A stretch of DNA of 64,000 nt from assembly GCA_964188305.1 (NCBI GenBank), contig OZ076899.1, one strand, 5' to 3'. This DNA comes from Podarcis bocagei. Taxonomy: Eukaryota. The notes under the pieces were generated by a model. That model was not told where the DNA came from. It worked only from the letters and a program-made list of their open reading frames with translations, and made no database searches. Position 1 is the first letter of the stretch, and each line of letters starts with the position of its first letter. The position numbers were made by a program, and so were the translations under genes. Of the stretch, positions 11,796 through 24,700 are shown piece by piece.

Positions 11796-12155
11796 TAAAG
11801 GTAAAGGGACCCCTGACCATTAGGTCCAGTCGTGACCAACTCTGGGGTTGCGGCGCTCATCTCGCTTTATTGGTCGAGGGAACCGGCATACAGCTTCCGG
11901 GTCATGTGGCCAGCATGACTAAGCCGCTTCTGGCGAACCAGAGCAGCACACAGAAACGCCATTTACCTTCCCGCCGGAGTGGTACCTATTTATCTACTTG
12001 CACTTTAACGTGCTTTTGAACTGCTAGGTGGGCAGGAGCAGGGACCGAGCAATGGGAGCTCACCCCATCACGGGGATTTGAATCGCCAACCTTCTGATCA
12101 GCAAGTCCTAGGCTCTGTGGTTTAACCCACAGCTCCACCCGCTCCACCCCCCCCA
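11796..12155 (-). mobile_element. Sauria SINE
   Basis: Reverse complement of the 8278-8616 family, TAAAGGTAAAGG tail, probable TSD AAAAGCAGAC/AAAAACAGAC. Confidence 0.9.
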
Positions 12156-14164
12156 AAAAACAGACCACCTCCACACAAATCAAAAACACTTAAAACAGTT
12201 AAAATAATTGTTGGAGTAGCTGTCTCTGCTTTATAGCTGGTTCTGCAGGCAGGAGGTATACATGGCCTGCAGGTGCAGAGGTCACAATGCATTACAGGGG
12301 GTTAGACCACATGATCCTTGGGATCATGGTTCTGATCCAGCTCTATGGTTCTGTACTGCTCTCAGCTGCTGGGGTTGACTTCCCTGATGGTGAGAGGTTC
12401 AGCAGGAGGGAGTGGGTAGCTGTGGATGGTGAGAGGATTCAAGTCCCCTCTCTTACCCCTTCTCTCCCCTTTGCACCTGCTTGCCACAAACTTCAGTCCC
12501 TTGGTTCCTGGACCTTTCAAATGAATGAAAGGATGGGGAAAGAATGATAGCTTGCAGTTAAATGCTGTTGCTACACATAAATCTAGTGATTACTGCACCT
12601 AATGCTAGAAGGGTCCATAGCAGGCATGCATAACTTCTGTCCAACCAGAATGTTTGTGCTGTGTACTTTTTTCCTATTTCGTTCAGGTGGCTTCCCATAC
12701 TCCCTATCTTGTGTGTATTTGATCACAGATAGCACGTTCCCAGCCATTCGGGTTTGGGGCTTTTTTGTTGATGCAAGAGCTTTGAATAACCAACGAGGAG
12801 AATGAAGAACCTAGTTAAACAAAAGTAACATTTATTCAAGTAAAAGAGAAGATAAATCCAGGCTAATGAAAAAGAAAGAAAGAGAAAATAGGCTGAGATC
12901 TCCTGCAAAATTCCACTCTGCCTTCTGCTAGTGACTCTCCATCCAGAATTACTGTAGGTCTGCTGTTTGGTACAAGATGAGTTTGCAGGCTTCCATCTAA
13001 TATATTTTTCTGCACTAATGGAGTCACTCAAGACTCTCTTTGTTAATCCCAAGCATCTACTGAGCCATGGAGAATAAGCTCTTATCCTGCCCATAGGGGT
13101 ATGACAACTTCACACGCAAAATAAAAATTTAAAAACCTACCGAATTCCTAAACAGCACAGTCAGCAAAAAAACAACCCGAAACAGGTCCTCTGCCTGACC
13201 CTCTAAATGGAAGGTTTAGGTGCTCCAAAGAAGCATCTGGTAAATTGCCTTTTTACATTCCAAATATTGCAGTCATCCGGTTCCGACTGAAATATGTTAA
13301 TATTGCAGGACTCCCCCACATTGCTTGGAAGCCATCCTCCATCTCGACTCTGTAAATGAATGGTAAAATGAAATGAAATGCTGTAAAACAGTTTGTTCCC
13401 ATCCTGCTAAGAGGCAGATGCCGTCTTCATGCCTTCCCCTTTATGCCGATTTTGGCAGGGAAAGGAATGGACCGTGCAGCCTCCGCTGCAGATGAGGGGA
13501 GGAAATGATGGCCTTCCCCATTGCTGCTATCGAATGGATATATCTCATGATGTTCACGTGCATTGCACTATCCCATGCTCCCAGTCCCTTGCTGTTTTCA
13601 GAAACTTGTTTTCTAAAAATACTGTGTCCTCTCCAGGTGCTCCTTCCTCCTCTGTTGCTCATAATCCCCTTCCAAAATTGGGTCTGCATCATTTCCTACC
13701 ACTGCTTCTAATCAGCAAGAAGCAGGAGGAAACCAACTGAACTTTGCACTTCTTAATGAAGCAGCAGGAATGGCTGAGCTCCGCCCCGTGTTGTGGAACT
13801 GAAGCCTCTCTTGGGAGGTCATTTTCTCCAGAACTACTCCATGTGGTGAGCTGCATAGCTGCAACCTATCAAGGAGCAAACCTCCTGGACCTAGCTTGGC
13901 TCCACCCACACAGCCTGGGCATTGGCTCCTCCTGAGGAGGAAGAAGAAAAAGAGAGCTGTGGTGTGGCTTGTGTTTCTAGTCTTGCTCTTTGATCCTACC
14001 TCCTCTGAGCCTAATTTCCCTTCTGTCCTGGCTACCACATCCCAGCTCTTGATTCATTGTAGACTGTTTCCTGCAGCCCAGCCCTGACATGAAGGAGTAA
14101 TGTGGCAGGGGATTAACCTAGCACTCGTGGGGGCTGGTCCATTTGGTCAAATGATGGCACTGCC

Positions 14165-14628
14165 TGTCAGGCTTCAGGGAGTCTGATCCCTTCCCCCTCA
14201 CAGCAAGCTGCCAGTAATAGACAGACAAGAAGTTCTTACCATTGTAATTTGTTCAACGTTCATAGAGAGAGAGGACCGCTGCATCTCAGGTTAATGGCGT
14301 TTCTCCAAGTACTCTCCCCGCCCTTCCCTTCACAGTCGCCAACAGCACCCCCCCCCCCATTACAGTGGCTGCTTCAGGCCATTTGCCTCTTAGCTTTCTG
14401 CTCTCTCACTTTCACTGCTCACCAGGTTCTGGGAGAAGGGGGGTCTGGAATGCTCTCTAATGATAACGTGTCAGCCAGCTGTTCTGGCACCGCTTCTCCC
14501 CCCCTTCTCCCATTATCTCCCAGCTTTGTCCCTCATCTGTCTCAGACCCACGGCCTTCTGCAAACCACTGTTGTAAATCTATTCTGTCTTCCCCTTCTCT
14601 GGGAACCATTCCTCCTCAGTCCAGTCCC
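14165..14628 (-). mobile_element. Solo LTR, TGTCAGG family (divergent subfamily), one end interrupted
   Basis: TGTCAGG at 14165 and homology to the other three copies up to CAGTCCAGTCCC (~14628). A GC-rich insert (~14629-14960) follows. Confidence 0.7.
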
Positions 14629-15698
14629 AAGGGGGGAGTGGTGCAGAGGGTGTCCTCCCAGGCATGGGATAGCCACTCAGGTGCCCAGAGTGGTGTGTGC
14701 GCCCTGCAGCCAGGGACGGAGCGAGCCACCCATGGGGGCAGAGCAAGCAGCCCATGGCAGACATGGCCACCTGCCTACAACTCCCAAGCCTCCCCCAAGC
14801 TGTCAAAACAAAGGGGGGAGGGGGAATGTCACCAGCAAAGTGGTGCAGCTCGCCCCTTACCCAGATAGCTCAGGGTAGGCTTGGGAATCACAGGTGGGTG
14901 GCACGCCGAATGTCACCCCCCTCAGTGAGGGCACCCGGGGGTCCACCCCCCCTACATCACTGACTGCCCCACCACCCTCTGTCTGCCCTCAGCCAGCCCC
15001 CACACCTGCTTAAACCCCATCAGAGAGTGGCCCTGGCTCCACCTATGGGCTCCAGCCACCACATCCTAGCACCAGCGCTGCCTTTAATTCATTCAGGTTC
15101 TGGTACTGTGGCTACAGGTCTTGCTAGAATTGAGCTGTGGGCATTTGTTAGTAAAGAGCTGGGAACCAGGAAGCCAGGTTCCAGGAACAAAGCATAAGGG
15201 GAGGAGTAAGAGCCAATGGGACCTAGCTGTTCAGGCAAGTTTTCAATTCAACAGGAAGTTTTTCATGACACTTCCTGTCCAGGAAGGCTCAATAGCCAGC
15301 TTGGGTGGGCTGTGCCAATCCAGAGATTAACTCTTTGCCAGGAAGGTCCTCCAAGCAGCTCCACAAACTCATCACATGAAGCACCTGAACACAGAGCAGT
15401 TCCTTGTTCTAGCCCTGGCAGCTTCTGATTGGTGGTCATGTCTGTGCTGAGGAATCGTGGCCTTCAGCTTGAAAAAGGTTCCCCACCCCTAGTCAAAAGC
15501 CATTAGTTGTCTCCATGAAACTGGGAGTGAACCCCACAAGTCTTAAGATGCATTGTATGTGAAGTTGGGATGGCAGTATCTGCCATTTTTTGTGTTCTTG
15601 GTTTCTCATTTTTCCAAGGAGTTCACATTTTGCAGCTATCTGCGAAAACACAATAATACTAATTTCTGCATATAATTCATCAGCATTTCAGTGTAAAT

Positions 15699-15699
<1 letters not shown>

Positions 15700-15749
<50 letters not shown>
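15700..15749. repeat. (AAT)n microsatellite (tail of an L2-like fragment)
   Basis: Direct observation. Followed by the CCCACC...CTCTGAGTGGCT motif seen at other L2 tails here. Confidence 0.9.
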
Positions 15750-15750
<1 letters not shown>

Positions 15751-17267
15751 CCCCACCCACCTGGCTGGTTTTTCCCAGTCACTCTGAGTGGCTGCAAATC
15801 AAATATTAAAAAACACAATACACCATTAAACATTTAAAACTTCCCTAAATAGGGCTCTGTTTTCTAGTAAAGGCATATTTATATGCAGTTTTGACTAATT
15901 TTCACAAATTGGCAAAAATGGTGTAATATAATGAATTGATGTATGCTATTTTCACTAATATCTTCATTTTAATACACACTTTCCCATAATATATGCATTT
16001 TTGTAAACATTGGTTGTGAACTGCATTGCAAAATTCAGATAAATGTGAATTTTGAATGCGATCTGTGTTTTGGTTCGCATATTGTTTCTGGAAGTTTGAA
16101 TTTGATTGATTCAGCTTTAAATGCATACTGTATCACATTTCTCATCCATCCCTAGTGCGGAGTACATTTTGTTTGTTTTGGAACTGCATTCGGCTGCCCT
16201 GGGTAACTCCAAACTCTAGTTTTAATGCAGTGTGTGTGTTCAATCAGAGGAGAATTGTTGCTGGTTATGAGTGCAGTCACGTTGATTATCATGATGGGTC
16301 TCCCTGGGAGGTGTGGCATTGGTGTAGTACTTGCTTATGGATTTATCCAGTGGTGAAATTGGTTAATTTTAGGCTCTGGCCTCTATTTCGATGGTAATGT
16401 GTATTGCACCCTTTTTTCCAAAATGTGATAACCCGGCCCTATTACATTGTCTGTGATGGGGAGCTCCTGATCATTCAACTCAATAGGGCTCTGGACTTCT
16501 GCCCCAAAGTCCTGCTCTGGTGGCACAACTGCTAGTTCGGTTCTTTATACTTGGCCTGACACAATGCCTTCTCTGGGCGTTTAGTAACAGATTTATGTGA
16601 TTACACTTCTTATTCAGACCCTGGAGTAACTGTCCTTAATTAAATTTGGATTCCTCCTCCTCTTCAACTCCCTACCTTCTAATCACCCACTTGAATGTTA
16701 AATTGTTTACTGAGAGCACAGCATTGTATTCAGAGAGCTTATAATGGACATATCGGTGAGAGTGGTTTCTCCATTTCTTCTAACAGGAATCCTGGAGAGC
16801 TGCTGCCAGTTAGTGTCAACAGCACTAGGCTAGATGGGGCCAGTGGTCTGACTCTGGGTAAGGCTGCTTCCTATGCCCACCCCACCAAGCCACCCTATAG
16901 CTCCCAGCAGTGCCCTGCTCCAGATCAGGTTGATCTGCCATATGCAACCCAAGATCTGTCTCTGAAGCAATCTACGGGCAGGGGTAGGTTTTTTGTTTTA
17001 AAAAAACAATCTTAACATATAGTCGGAAGGGGATGAGGAAAGGAGGACATGCTTCACCTCCTTCTCCTGACATAGATTAGGTGGAGTTCAATCCAGTGGT
17101 GTGTTGCTCCTTCTTTCAGCAGCTTCCCAGCATGTAAAGGAAGCCACTTGCGACGGAGCAGGGACTGGCACCACACAGGATCAGATCTTCCTCTTTACCA
17201 GCTGCTATGAGGAGGATCTGATCCTGTGGGGTGTTGCTTCTTCAGAAGAGGCTTCCCTTAACACAGC

Positions 17268-17560
17268 AGAAGAAGAAGAAGAAGAAGAAGAAGAAGAAGA
17301 AGAAGAAGAAGAAGAAGAAGAAGAAGAAGAAGAATTTGATATCCCGCTTTATCACTACCAGAAGGAGTCTCAAAGCGGCTAACATTCTCCTTTCCCTTCC
17401 TCCCCCACAACAAACACTCTGTGAGGTGAGTGGGGCTGAGAGACTTCAGAGAAGTGTGATTGGCCCAAGGTCACCCAGCAGCTGCATGTGGAGGAGCGGA
17501 GACGCGAACCCGGTTTCCCAGATTACGAGTCTACCGCTCTTAACCACTACACCACACTGG
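17268..17560 (-). mobile_element. CORE-SINE, Squam3 (Ther1/MIR-derived) type, with (CTT)n tail
   Basis: tRNA head (TGGTGTAGTGG A-box, GGTTCGCGTC B-box), CORE motif GGGTGACCTTGGGCCA, L2-like end, long (AAG)n at 17268-17333. Near-identical to 20644-20905 and 52360-52646. Confidence 0.88.
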
Positions 17561-18769
17561 TTACAAAGGAGCAACAATTGGCACTGTTCAAGGTGTTACG
17601 ATTCATGCATTGTTTCAGGAAGTATGCATTAGGCAGATGCACATCAACATCCAGACTGAACCCAAAGTTCTCCCCATCGCTACTTGACTCTGCTTCTTAT
17701 TGTTCCTCATTACTGGGAACATTCTACATTTATATTATTTCTCTTGGGGGGGGGGAGTTGCTTTGCTTCTCCATTCACTGTTGCTGCTGCATCTCAGTCG
17801 TTAAACCTTTTCCCCGACTCAGAAAGCAGGTGTGAATTTGCCAAAGACAGAAAAGCTTCTGTAATGAGGAACTGCTTGAGAAATCCTGCTTGGGGCAGAT
17901 CCTATTCTCAAAGCACTATGTTTAAACCAGGTGTGGCGTGTGTTTTGCTTTGTTCTTAATCTCGTTTTCAGTTGGCCATCTGATCTTTCAGATAAACTCT
18001 CCTGTCTGACCTGTGAATTAACTCAAACTCATATCTGTAAAGTCTCTCTGGTCTCGAAAGGCTGACTGTAAACAAGCTTTGGATACACATTCACATTGCC
18101 TACAAGATATTGATGGAGCCTGCACTTTTCTTCAATCAGCAAATACAAACAGGTGGATCAGTAACTTGGAATCCTTGCTGCTTAAGTGCCTCTGAAAGAG
18201 CTCTGTCAGTTTCATTTTCTCCCTGTTTCTCATTTTTGCCAATCTTAAGTTCAGATCTCCACATTTTCATGTTTGTGATTTAAAACAAAAATTCTCATGA
18301 AAGTTCGTCAGCATTTTTGTGCAAATTTCTCCTAATATACACATTTTTGTATGCAACTTTGCATTTTATCTCTTTTCTGCCTTTCCATGCTCAAGGTGCC
18401 TTGCAACATGAAAAGATTCACATTACAAAAATATAACAAAAACAATAAATAAAAACACCCCAATAAGTTTCTTTCTTTTTTTTGTAATAAAGATGATGTT
18501 GATGATGATGATGATAATAAATTTTATAAATTTTATTAATATTATTTATGTAAATCCCTTCATGTTGTAAGCCACCTTGAGCAATAAATTTTTAAAAATC
18601 TCAATAAGCACGCAATAAAATAAAGCATTCCCCACATAAGTCACAATAAGCTCTAATCATAAAGATGAAAAAAATAAATACCGAAAAACAGCAAAAATTA
18701 AAATTCGTCCACAACATAAACCCCTAAACAATACCCCACCCCAAGAGACTCTAGGCTTCCTGAGGAGCA

Positions 18770-19855
18770 GTCCTAAAAAAGATTGGACAACTGGGCCAAA
18801 ACTAATAAAATGAATTTCAATAGAGACATATGTAAGGTTCTACACAAGCAGGAAGAACCAGCTGCACAAATAGAAGATGGGGGATCTCCGGCTTGCCAGT
18901 AGTACATGTATAAAGGATCTAGGAGTCTTAGTAGATCACAAGCTTAACATGAGTATACAGTAAAAGTTAATGCTATTCTAGGCTGTATCAACCAAAGTGG
19001 AGTGTCATGATCAAGGGAAGTAATAAAGGTAAAGGGTAACCGTTAGGTCCAGTCATGACCATCTCTGGGGTTGTGGCGCTCATCTCGCTTTATTGGCTGA
19101 GGGAGCCGGCGTGCAGCTTCAGGTCATGTGGCCAGCATGACTAAGCCGCTTCTGGCGAACCAGAGCAGAGCACTGAAATGCCGTTTACCTTCCCGCTATT
19201 TATCTACTTGCAGTTTGACGTGCTTTCAAACTGCTAGGTTGGCAGGAGCAGGGACCGAGCAATGGGAGCTCACCCCATTGCGGGGATTCAAACCACCGAC
19301 CTTCTGATCAGCAAGTCCTAGGCTCTGTGGTTTAATCCACAGTGCCACCCGCATCCCCAATGGAAGTAATAGTCCCGCTCTATTCTACCTTAGTCAGACC
19401 ACACCTGGAGTACTGTGTCCAGTTCTGGGCACCACAGTTTAAGGAGGATGTTGACAGCCGGAACGTGTGCAGAGGAGGGTGACCAAGAGGAATGCCCTAT
19501 GAGGAACAGTTGAGGGAGTTGGATATGTTTGGTCTGGAAAAGAGGAGACTGAGAGGAGATATGAGAGCCATCTTCAAATATCTAAAGGGCTGTCACATGT
19601 AAGATGGAACAAGCTAGTTTCCCTCTGCTCTGGAGGATAGGACTAAACATCAAGAAGAACTTTCTGATGGTAAGAGCTGTTAGACAATGGAAAGGACTCT
19701 CTTGGGAGGTGGTGGACTCTCCTTCCTTGGGGATTTTTAAACAAAGGTTGGATGGCCATTTGTCATGGATGCTTTAGTTGAGATTCCTGCTTTGCAGGGG
19801 TTGGACTAGATTACTCAGGGGTCACTTCCATCTCTACAATTCTATGATTCTATGA
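18770..19855 (+). mobile_element. CR1 LINE 3' portion, interrupted by a Sauria SINE
   Basis: CR1 ORF2 motifs ([13 protein letters not shown] from TTAGTCAGACCACACCTGGAGTACTGTGTCCAGTTCTGG) and terminal (ATTCTATG)n repeat. 5' boundary approximate. Confidence 0.9.
19026..19357 (-). mobile_element. Sauria SINE nested in CR1
   Basis: Same family as 8278-8616, 14-bp TSD CAAGGGAAGTAATA / CAATGGAAGTAATA (19012-19025 / 19358-19371). Confidence 0.92.
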
Positions 19856-20453
19856 AATTGATGTCCGTGTTCCCTACTGACCTCGCCAGGGAGCCAAACA
19901 CCTGCAGGAATAAGTGCAAACCAAATTGTTTTAGAACGTGAAATCCCAAACCCCAGAAGGAATCAATCATTTTATATTCTGGATCTGTGCCTCCTGACTG
20001 ATGTATCTGAATTACAGATTGGCTGGCAGCGGTGGCATGGTGGAATCCATTTAAATGAATAGCTCTCTAATTTATTAAATGGGTTATATAGGCTGGCAGT
20101 ACTGGCACTGTATCAAATTCTTGGAGAAGCAGCTGATTTCCTCTCTGCCCCTTCAAGCACCTTCCCCTTTGCTCCTTTGCATTTTTTATTTCCTCTCCTG
20201 CAAAATGTATTTGGGGAGGCAGAAGGGATGAGAAGGTAGCTCTCTTGGAAACATGTGCAGGTGCTGGATACTTTGTGAGTCCATACTTGTTCCTCAAATT
20301 AGCTCCATAGTAGTATTTTGCTTTGAGGTCCACCTGTGAAGTCTCTCTTCTTTGCCAGTTAGCTGGGGGAAGGAAAGGAATAGGGTAGAGCAAGTTATTT
20401 CTTTTCTTTGGACCAATGCATATTAGAAAGCAAGGAGCCTCTTCAGCTACAGA

Positions 20454-20601
20454 TGGGGATGAGGGAGAGATTGGGTTCAGTTTGCATTTAAAAGTGAACA
20501 TACCCAGTTCATGCATTCTGAAACAATATGCATACAGCCATCCTTTGGCCTTTGCACTTTCCCAAATTTTTCAATGCAGTTCTCCACCCAAGCCATGTGT
20601 A

Positions 20602-20645
<44 letters not shown>

Positions 20646-21285
20646 GAAGAAGAAGAAGAAGAAGAAGAGTTTGGATTTGATATCCCGCCTTTCACTCCCC
20701 TTCAGGAGTCTCAAAGCGGCTAACATTCTCCTTTCCCTTCCTCCCCCACAACAAACACTCTGTGAGGTGAGTGGGGCTGAGAGACTTCACAGAAGTGTGA
20801 CTGGCCCAAGGTCACCCAGCAGCTGCATGTGGAGGAGCGGAGACGCGAACCCGGTTTCCCAGATTACGTGACTACCGCTCTTAACCACTACACCACACTG
20901 GCTCCTATAATAATAATAATAATAATAATTTTTACCTGACCCTTCCCAGCCAGGACTGGGCTCAGGGCGGCTAACATCAAAGTATGATATATTAAAAACA
21001 TAAATTATAACTGGGTTAAAATATGCATAGAACTGCATCCCTTTAGCGAAAATAACGTAAAAGTGCATTATGTTAGGGAACATTATCTTGCAAAGTATGT
21101 ATTTTAGGCAAAATTGCATAGAAAATGTTTATATTAAGGCAAATTTGCACAAAAAATCTGTGCATTATCATCAGTTCTTAAAAAAAGAAATGCCAAACGG
21201 ATATGAAAATGTGGAAAACTAAAATTAAGATTTGTAATACCAAAAAACTGAAAGAAACCATAATTGACAGATTGACCTATTCCTA
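20454..21285. mobile_element. hAT-type MITE (TAGGGATG TIR family) interrupted by (AAT)n, a Squam3-type SINE and an L2 tail
   Basis: Ends TGGGGATG...TATTCCTA, imperfect 8-bp TSD GCTACAGA/GCTGAAGA, body homologous to 30656-31078. Confidence 0.6.
20644..20905 (-). mobile_element. CORE-SINE, Squam3 type
   Basis: Full-length, CpG-intact copy with (AAG)n tail, flanked on both sides by (AAT)n. Confidence 0.88.
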
Positions 21286-21737
21286 GCTGAAGAACACCTA
21301 TACAACTCTGGCACTTCCAAAGCAAGCAAGCAAACAACCTCAAAACCTCCATCAGCTCATCTGTCTAGGGACAAATGAATCAGACTGTTGCCATTTTGTG
21401 GGTGGGAGTCAATCATATAACGAGCCAAATTTAGGTTGCACAATTAAAGTGGATTTGGTGCTCTGGTATAAAAAACCCCAAACCCACTTAATCCAGCCCT
21501 CCCCTCCAAAATCAGACCTTTTTTATTGTAGGAAAGTGGTGAGGAGATGCACTGGAAAGTGTGAGAGAACAACTACTTGGCACGACATTGTTCAGCCTCC
21601 ATGCGAACAAATCAGGATGATCTGGAAGTGAACCTAGTCTGCTTCAAGTCTGTGTCCCTTTTCTGCATCCTCAGCCAAAAGTCTATTCTATTGCATTTCC
21701 TTTTTTAAAAAATTGAAAAATCCACATGGACAAAATA

Positions 21738-21738
<1 letters not shown>

Positions 21739-21778
<40 letters not shown>
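21739..21778. repeat. (CA)n microsatellite
   Basis: Direct observation. Confidence 0.95.
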
Positions 21779-21780
<2 letters not shown>

Positions 21781-24700
21781 CATTCTAAGTGTGCGTCACA
21801 CATATATGTTGGAACATATGTTGAAACATTGGGGAATGTGCAAAACCCGAGTTATAACTAAGTTTCAGTTTTCACATATTATGAAATACCTTGTCCCATG
21901 AAGACCCCTCTCTACCTATCTACCTCTAGTTTGTGAATACTGTATTATTGTTATTGTTACTGTTATTATTGTAGACTTTTAGATTGCCTTGTAGGTAAGG
22001 TTTTATCTGACACTTTTGCATTATCTACTAGCCGGGCCTCTCCCGTGTTCCTCTGTTTAACATTGTTTTATTCTGACGCTGTGATTCCAATTATAGTGTG
22101 CTGCCCTGAGTATTGCATACATGTTTAAAGGGTGGGGGTAAAACCACTTATATTAACCTGGGAGGTATGGAGGCAGGGATCAGATCAATTCATATGGGGA
22201 TTCACAGAAGCTAGGTTCCTCAAGCATACCTACATCCATCTTGTCCAGTTCTCTGCAATGTTTCCAGTTTGAAGCTATTTGGAGGCATATCACTTGCAAT
22301 GGTCTGGGCAGAAATCACTCAACCCTTTATGCGTGCACTTTCAGTAATTGTAGCGTGGCTGTTATGCAGATGTACAGAAGTGTGTGAGATTGACAGATGG
22401 GGGCATTGTGTTTGCATACAAAAGCCTTATAACAGTGTATGTGGAACAGCAAGTTTAGATACATAAACAATAATTTTAACTGCATTTGCTTAAAATTCGA
22501 TCAGTCTGCAAACGCACATAGGTTCCTCTCCAGAAGCAAATGGGGAGCATAACAGGATAGTTCTCTCTCATAATTCTATGTAAAATATAGCTTTTAACTA
22601 GTAATGGGGTGGAAAACTGAGTGTTTTTAACATAGAAGAAGTGAAAGAGTAAATTGCCCTTATGTTACAGTTTTCAAGGGCATGAGCTAGATTTTTAAAA
22701 AATCTTTCTTTTAAATCCTCCTATGGATTCTGCCTGTTGGATTTCCCCCACCCCTTTTCCATGCATGCCTTTTCATTTGTAATTTTGATGGGAAATTATA
22801 AACCAGAATGGGGACAGGGAAATGAATGCCTTGTAATGACAGCTGAATACCGAGCTGTCTTCAGAGTCTCATAAATCAGAAAACTTTCTGTGGTTGGGGG
22901 GAGAAGTATGCCCCACAGGAATCAAAGAGTTTCCAGTTACGGGTGGAAGGGGCAAGTCTGTTGGGCTTTAGGGTGTCTCTCCTCGCAAGGAGACTGTCCT
23001 GATGTCAGCATTAAGCGATGAGGCTTTAAGATAGCCTTGTCAGGGTAATTGATCTTGAGTCATTGCCTTTCCTGTCAGGGCCGTCTGTCTCCTTACCCAC
23101 AATCCCCATCACTTTGACAACCTGTCAGGAGTATGGGACTTGGCCCAGTTTTGCCTTCATCCAATAACATTATGAAATTGATACCGACACTTCCATTGGC
23201 ACTAATTTCTGTAAGATATTGGCGCCAAAGGACGAGTGATTTACTTCCATGGCAGTTTTGACTTCCATGTAGGTCGAGATGGCTGGAGATCAACTGTTGT
23301 GGGGCTAAGCAGAAGGCGAAGAGCCATGAAAAGGAGGGTAAGGGACCATTTTCCATAACGTGAGGCCTTTTCAGGAGGAAACATTGTTTGATGGAATGAT
23401 AAAGGGAGCATTCTCCCCACAACCATTGTGAGAGAGGGAGAGGGAGGGAGGTTCCATCTATACTATACGGTATCATAATGTAAACAGTCAGGGCTTCTCC
23501 CAAAGCATTGGGGAACTGTAGTTTGTTAAGGGGGCTGAGAGTTGTTAGGAGATCCCTGTTCCAATAGAGGTGCACTTGGATGCATTGCGCCGTGACACAA
23601 CCTTAAGAGTTTGGCTCGATGCCCTGCTCTGTAGCATGCTTTGCATAATAATTAATTCCGGAGCTTTGATTTAACTTGCATATGCAATACAATATCTAAT
23701 CTATACTTTCCCCGGCTCAGGGGCAAGTACACCTTGGCACCCAGAATTAGGCAGAGTTCCTGACACAGCATTGCTGGAGTTGAAATGTGTGTGCCGAACA
23801 ACCTCTGCTCCAGGGCAGCTTGGTATGTGATCAGAAGCAATGGGGTTTGGTTGAAACGTTTATCAGTTTGTCACAGTCTTGCTCAGTCATGGCTTGGGGC
23901 CAAAAGAAGAAGGTATAAATCATGCAAGACTGAAGAGAGGCTGTGTGTGGGTTTGTGTTTTCAGTTCTGAGCACCCACCTCAAATTCAGAGGACCCTCTT
24001 GTTTTGATGGTCTGATGGGGAAAGTCAAAGGTTGCCCCTCCAGCTTCTGCTGCCTCCCCTCCCCCAATCCAACAATGTCAACTGATTAGCTAGGTCCATG
24101 TGCTGCATTGAACTACTGGGTTTTGGAGCCAAATGTAGCTAAAAAATAATAGGCATGTCTTGAGTGCCTTGAGGGCTGAAATTGGGACCTCTGGGAGTTG
24201 AGCACTTGCTCCTTACTATGGTACCCCATAGCTGGTCACAGGAAGGGAATTCCTGACATCTCAGTGCCAATAGGCTGAAACCTCTCAGCTGCACCTTCCA
24301 AGCCCAGACAACAGCTGATCGCAAGGAACCAAACACTTTGCATAGCCTTGCAACTATGTCACAAGTTGTGCCATCCCTAAAACTGCATATAGAAAGGAGC
24401 CTTAGGTGGGAAGCAGTGGCTTTCCTAAGGCTCCTAAGTGAGACCAAGGGTGAAAGTGTTCAGTGTTTCCTCCACTGCCTTTTAAAGTGAATCATTATGA
24501 ATATGCATGCAAACGAACATAGACATTGGAATTAGCAAAGAGTATCTGTGCACCAAGGGGCAAGAAGGTCTGGATTAGTTTAGCAGGATTAGCATAGCCA
24601 AAGGATTTTCATTTCTGGCTTTGCTCAATGGCCTTTAGCAACTCATTGTTCTATTGTTCTGGGAGATTCTTGCAAAAACGGGGGGGGGGGATCACAATCA

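Noticed and set aside
13700-14088. Another CCTGACA-ending LTR-like segment (a similar one lies near 31340-31690)
   Set aside because: The opposite terminus and TSD were not identifiable.
14249-14878. 209-aa ORF, the longest in the track
   Set aside because: It is antisense to the LTR ORF, spans an LTR/insert junction and has no recognisable domain.
17101-17632. Poly-E and poly-K ORFs (also poly-Y/I/N/L/R ORFs near 3005, 9757, 15636, 20416 and 57295-57804)
   Set aside because: These are translations of trinucleotide microsatellites and SINE tails, not genes.
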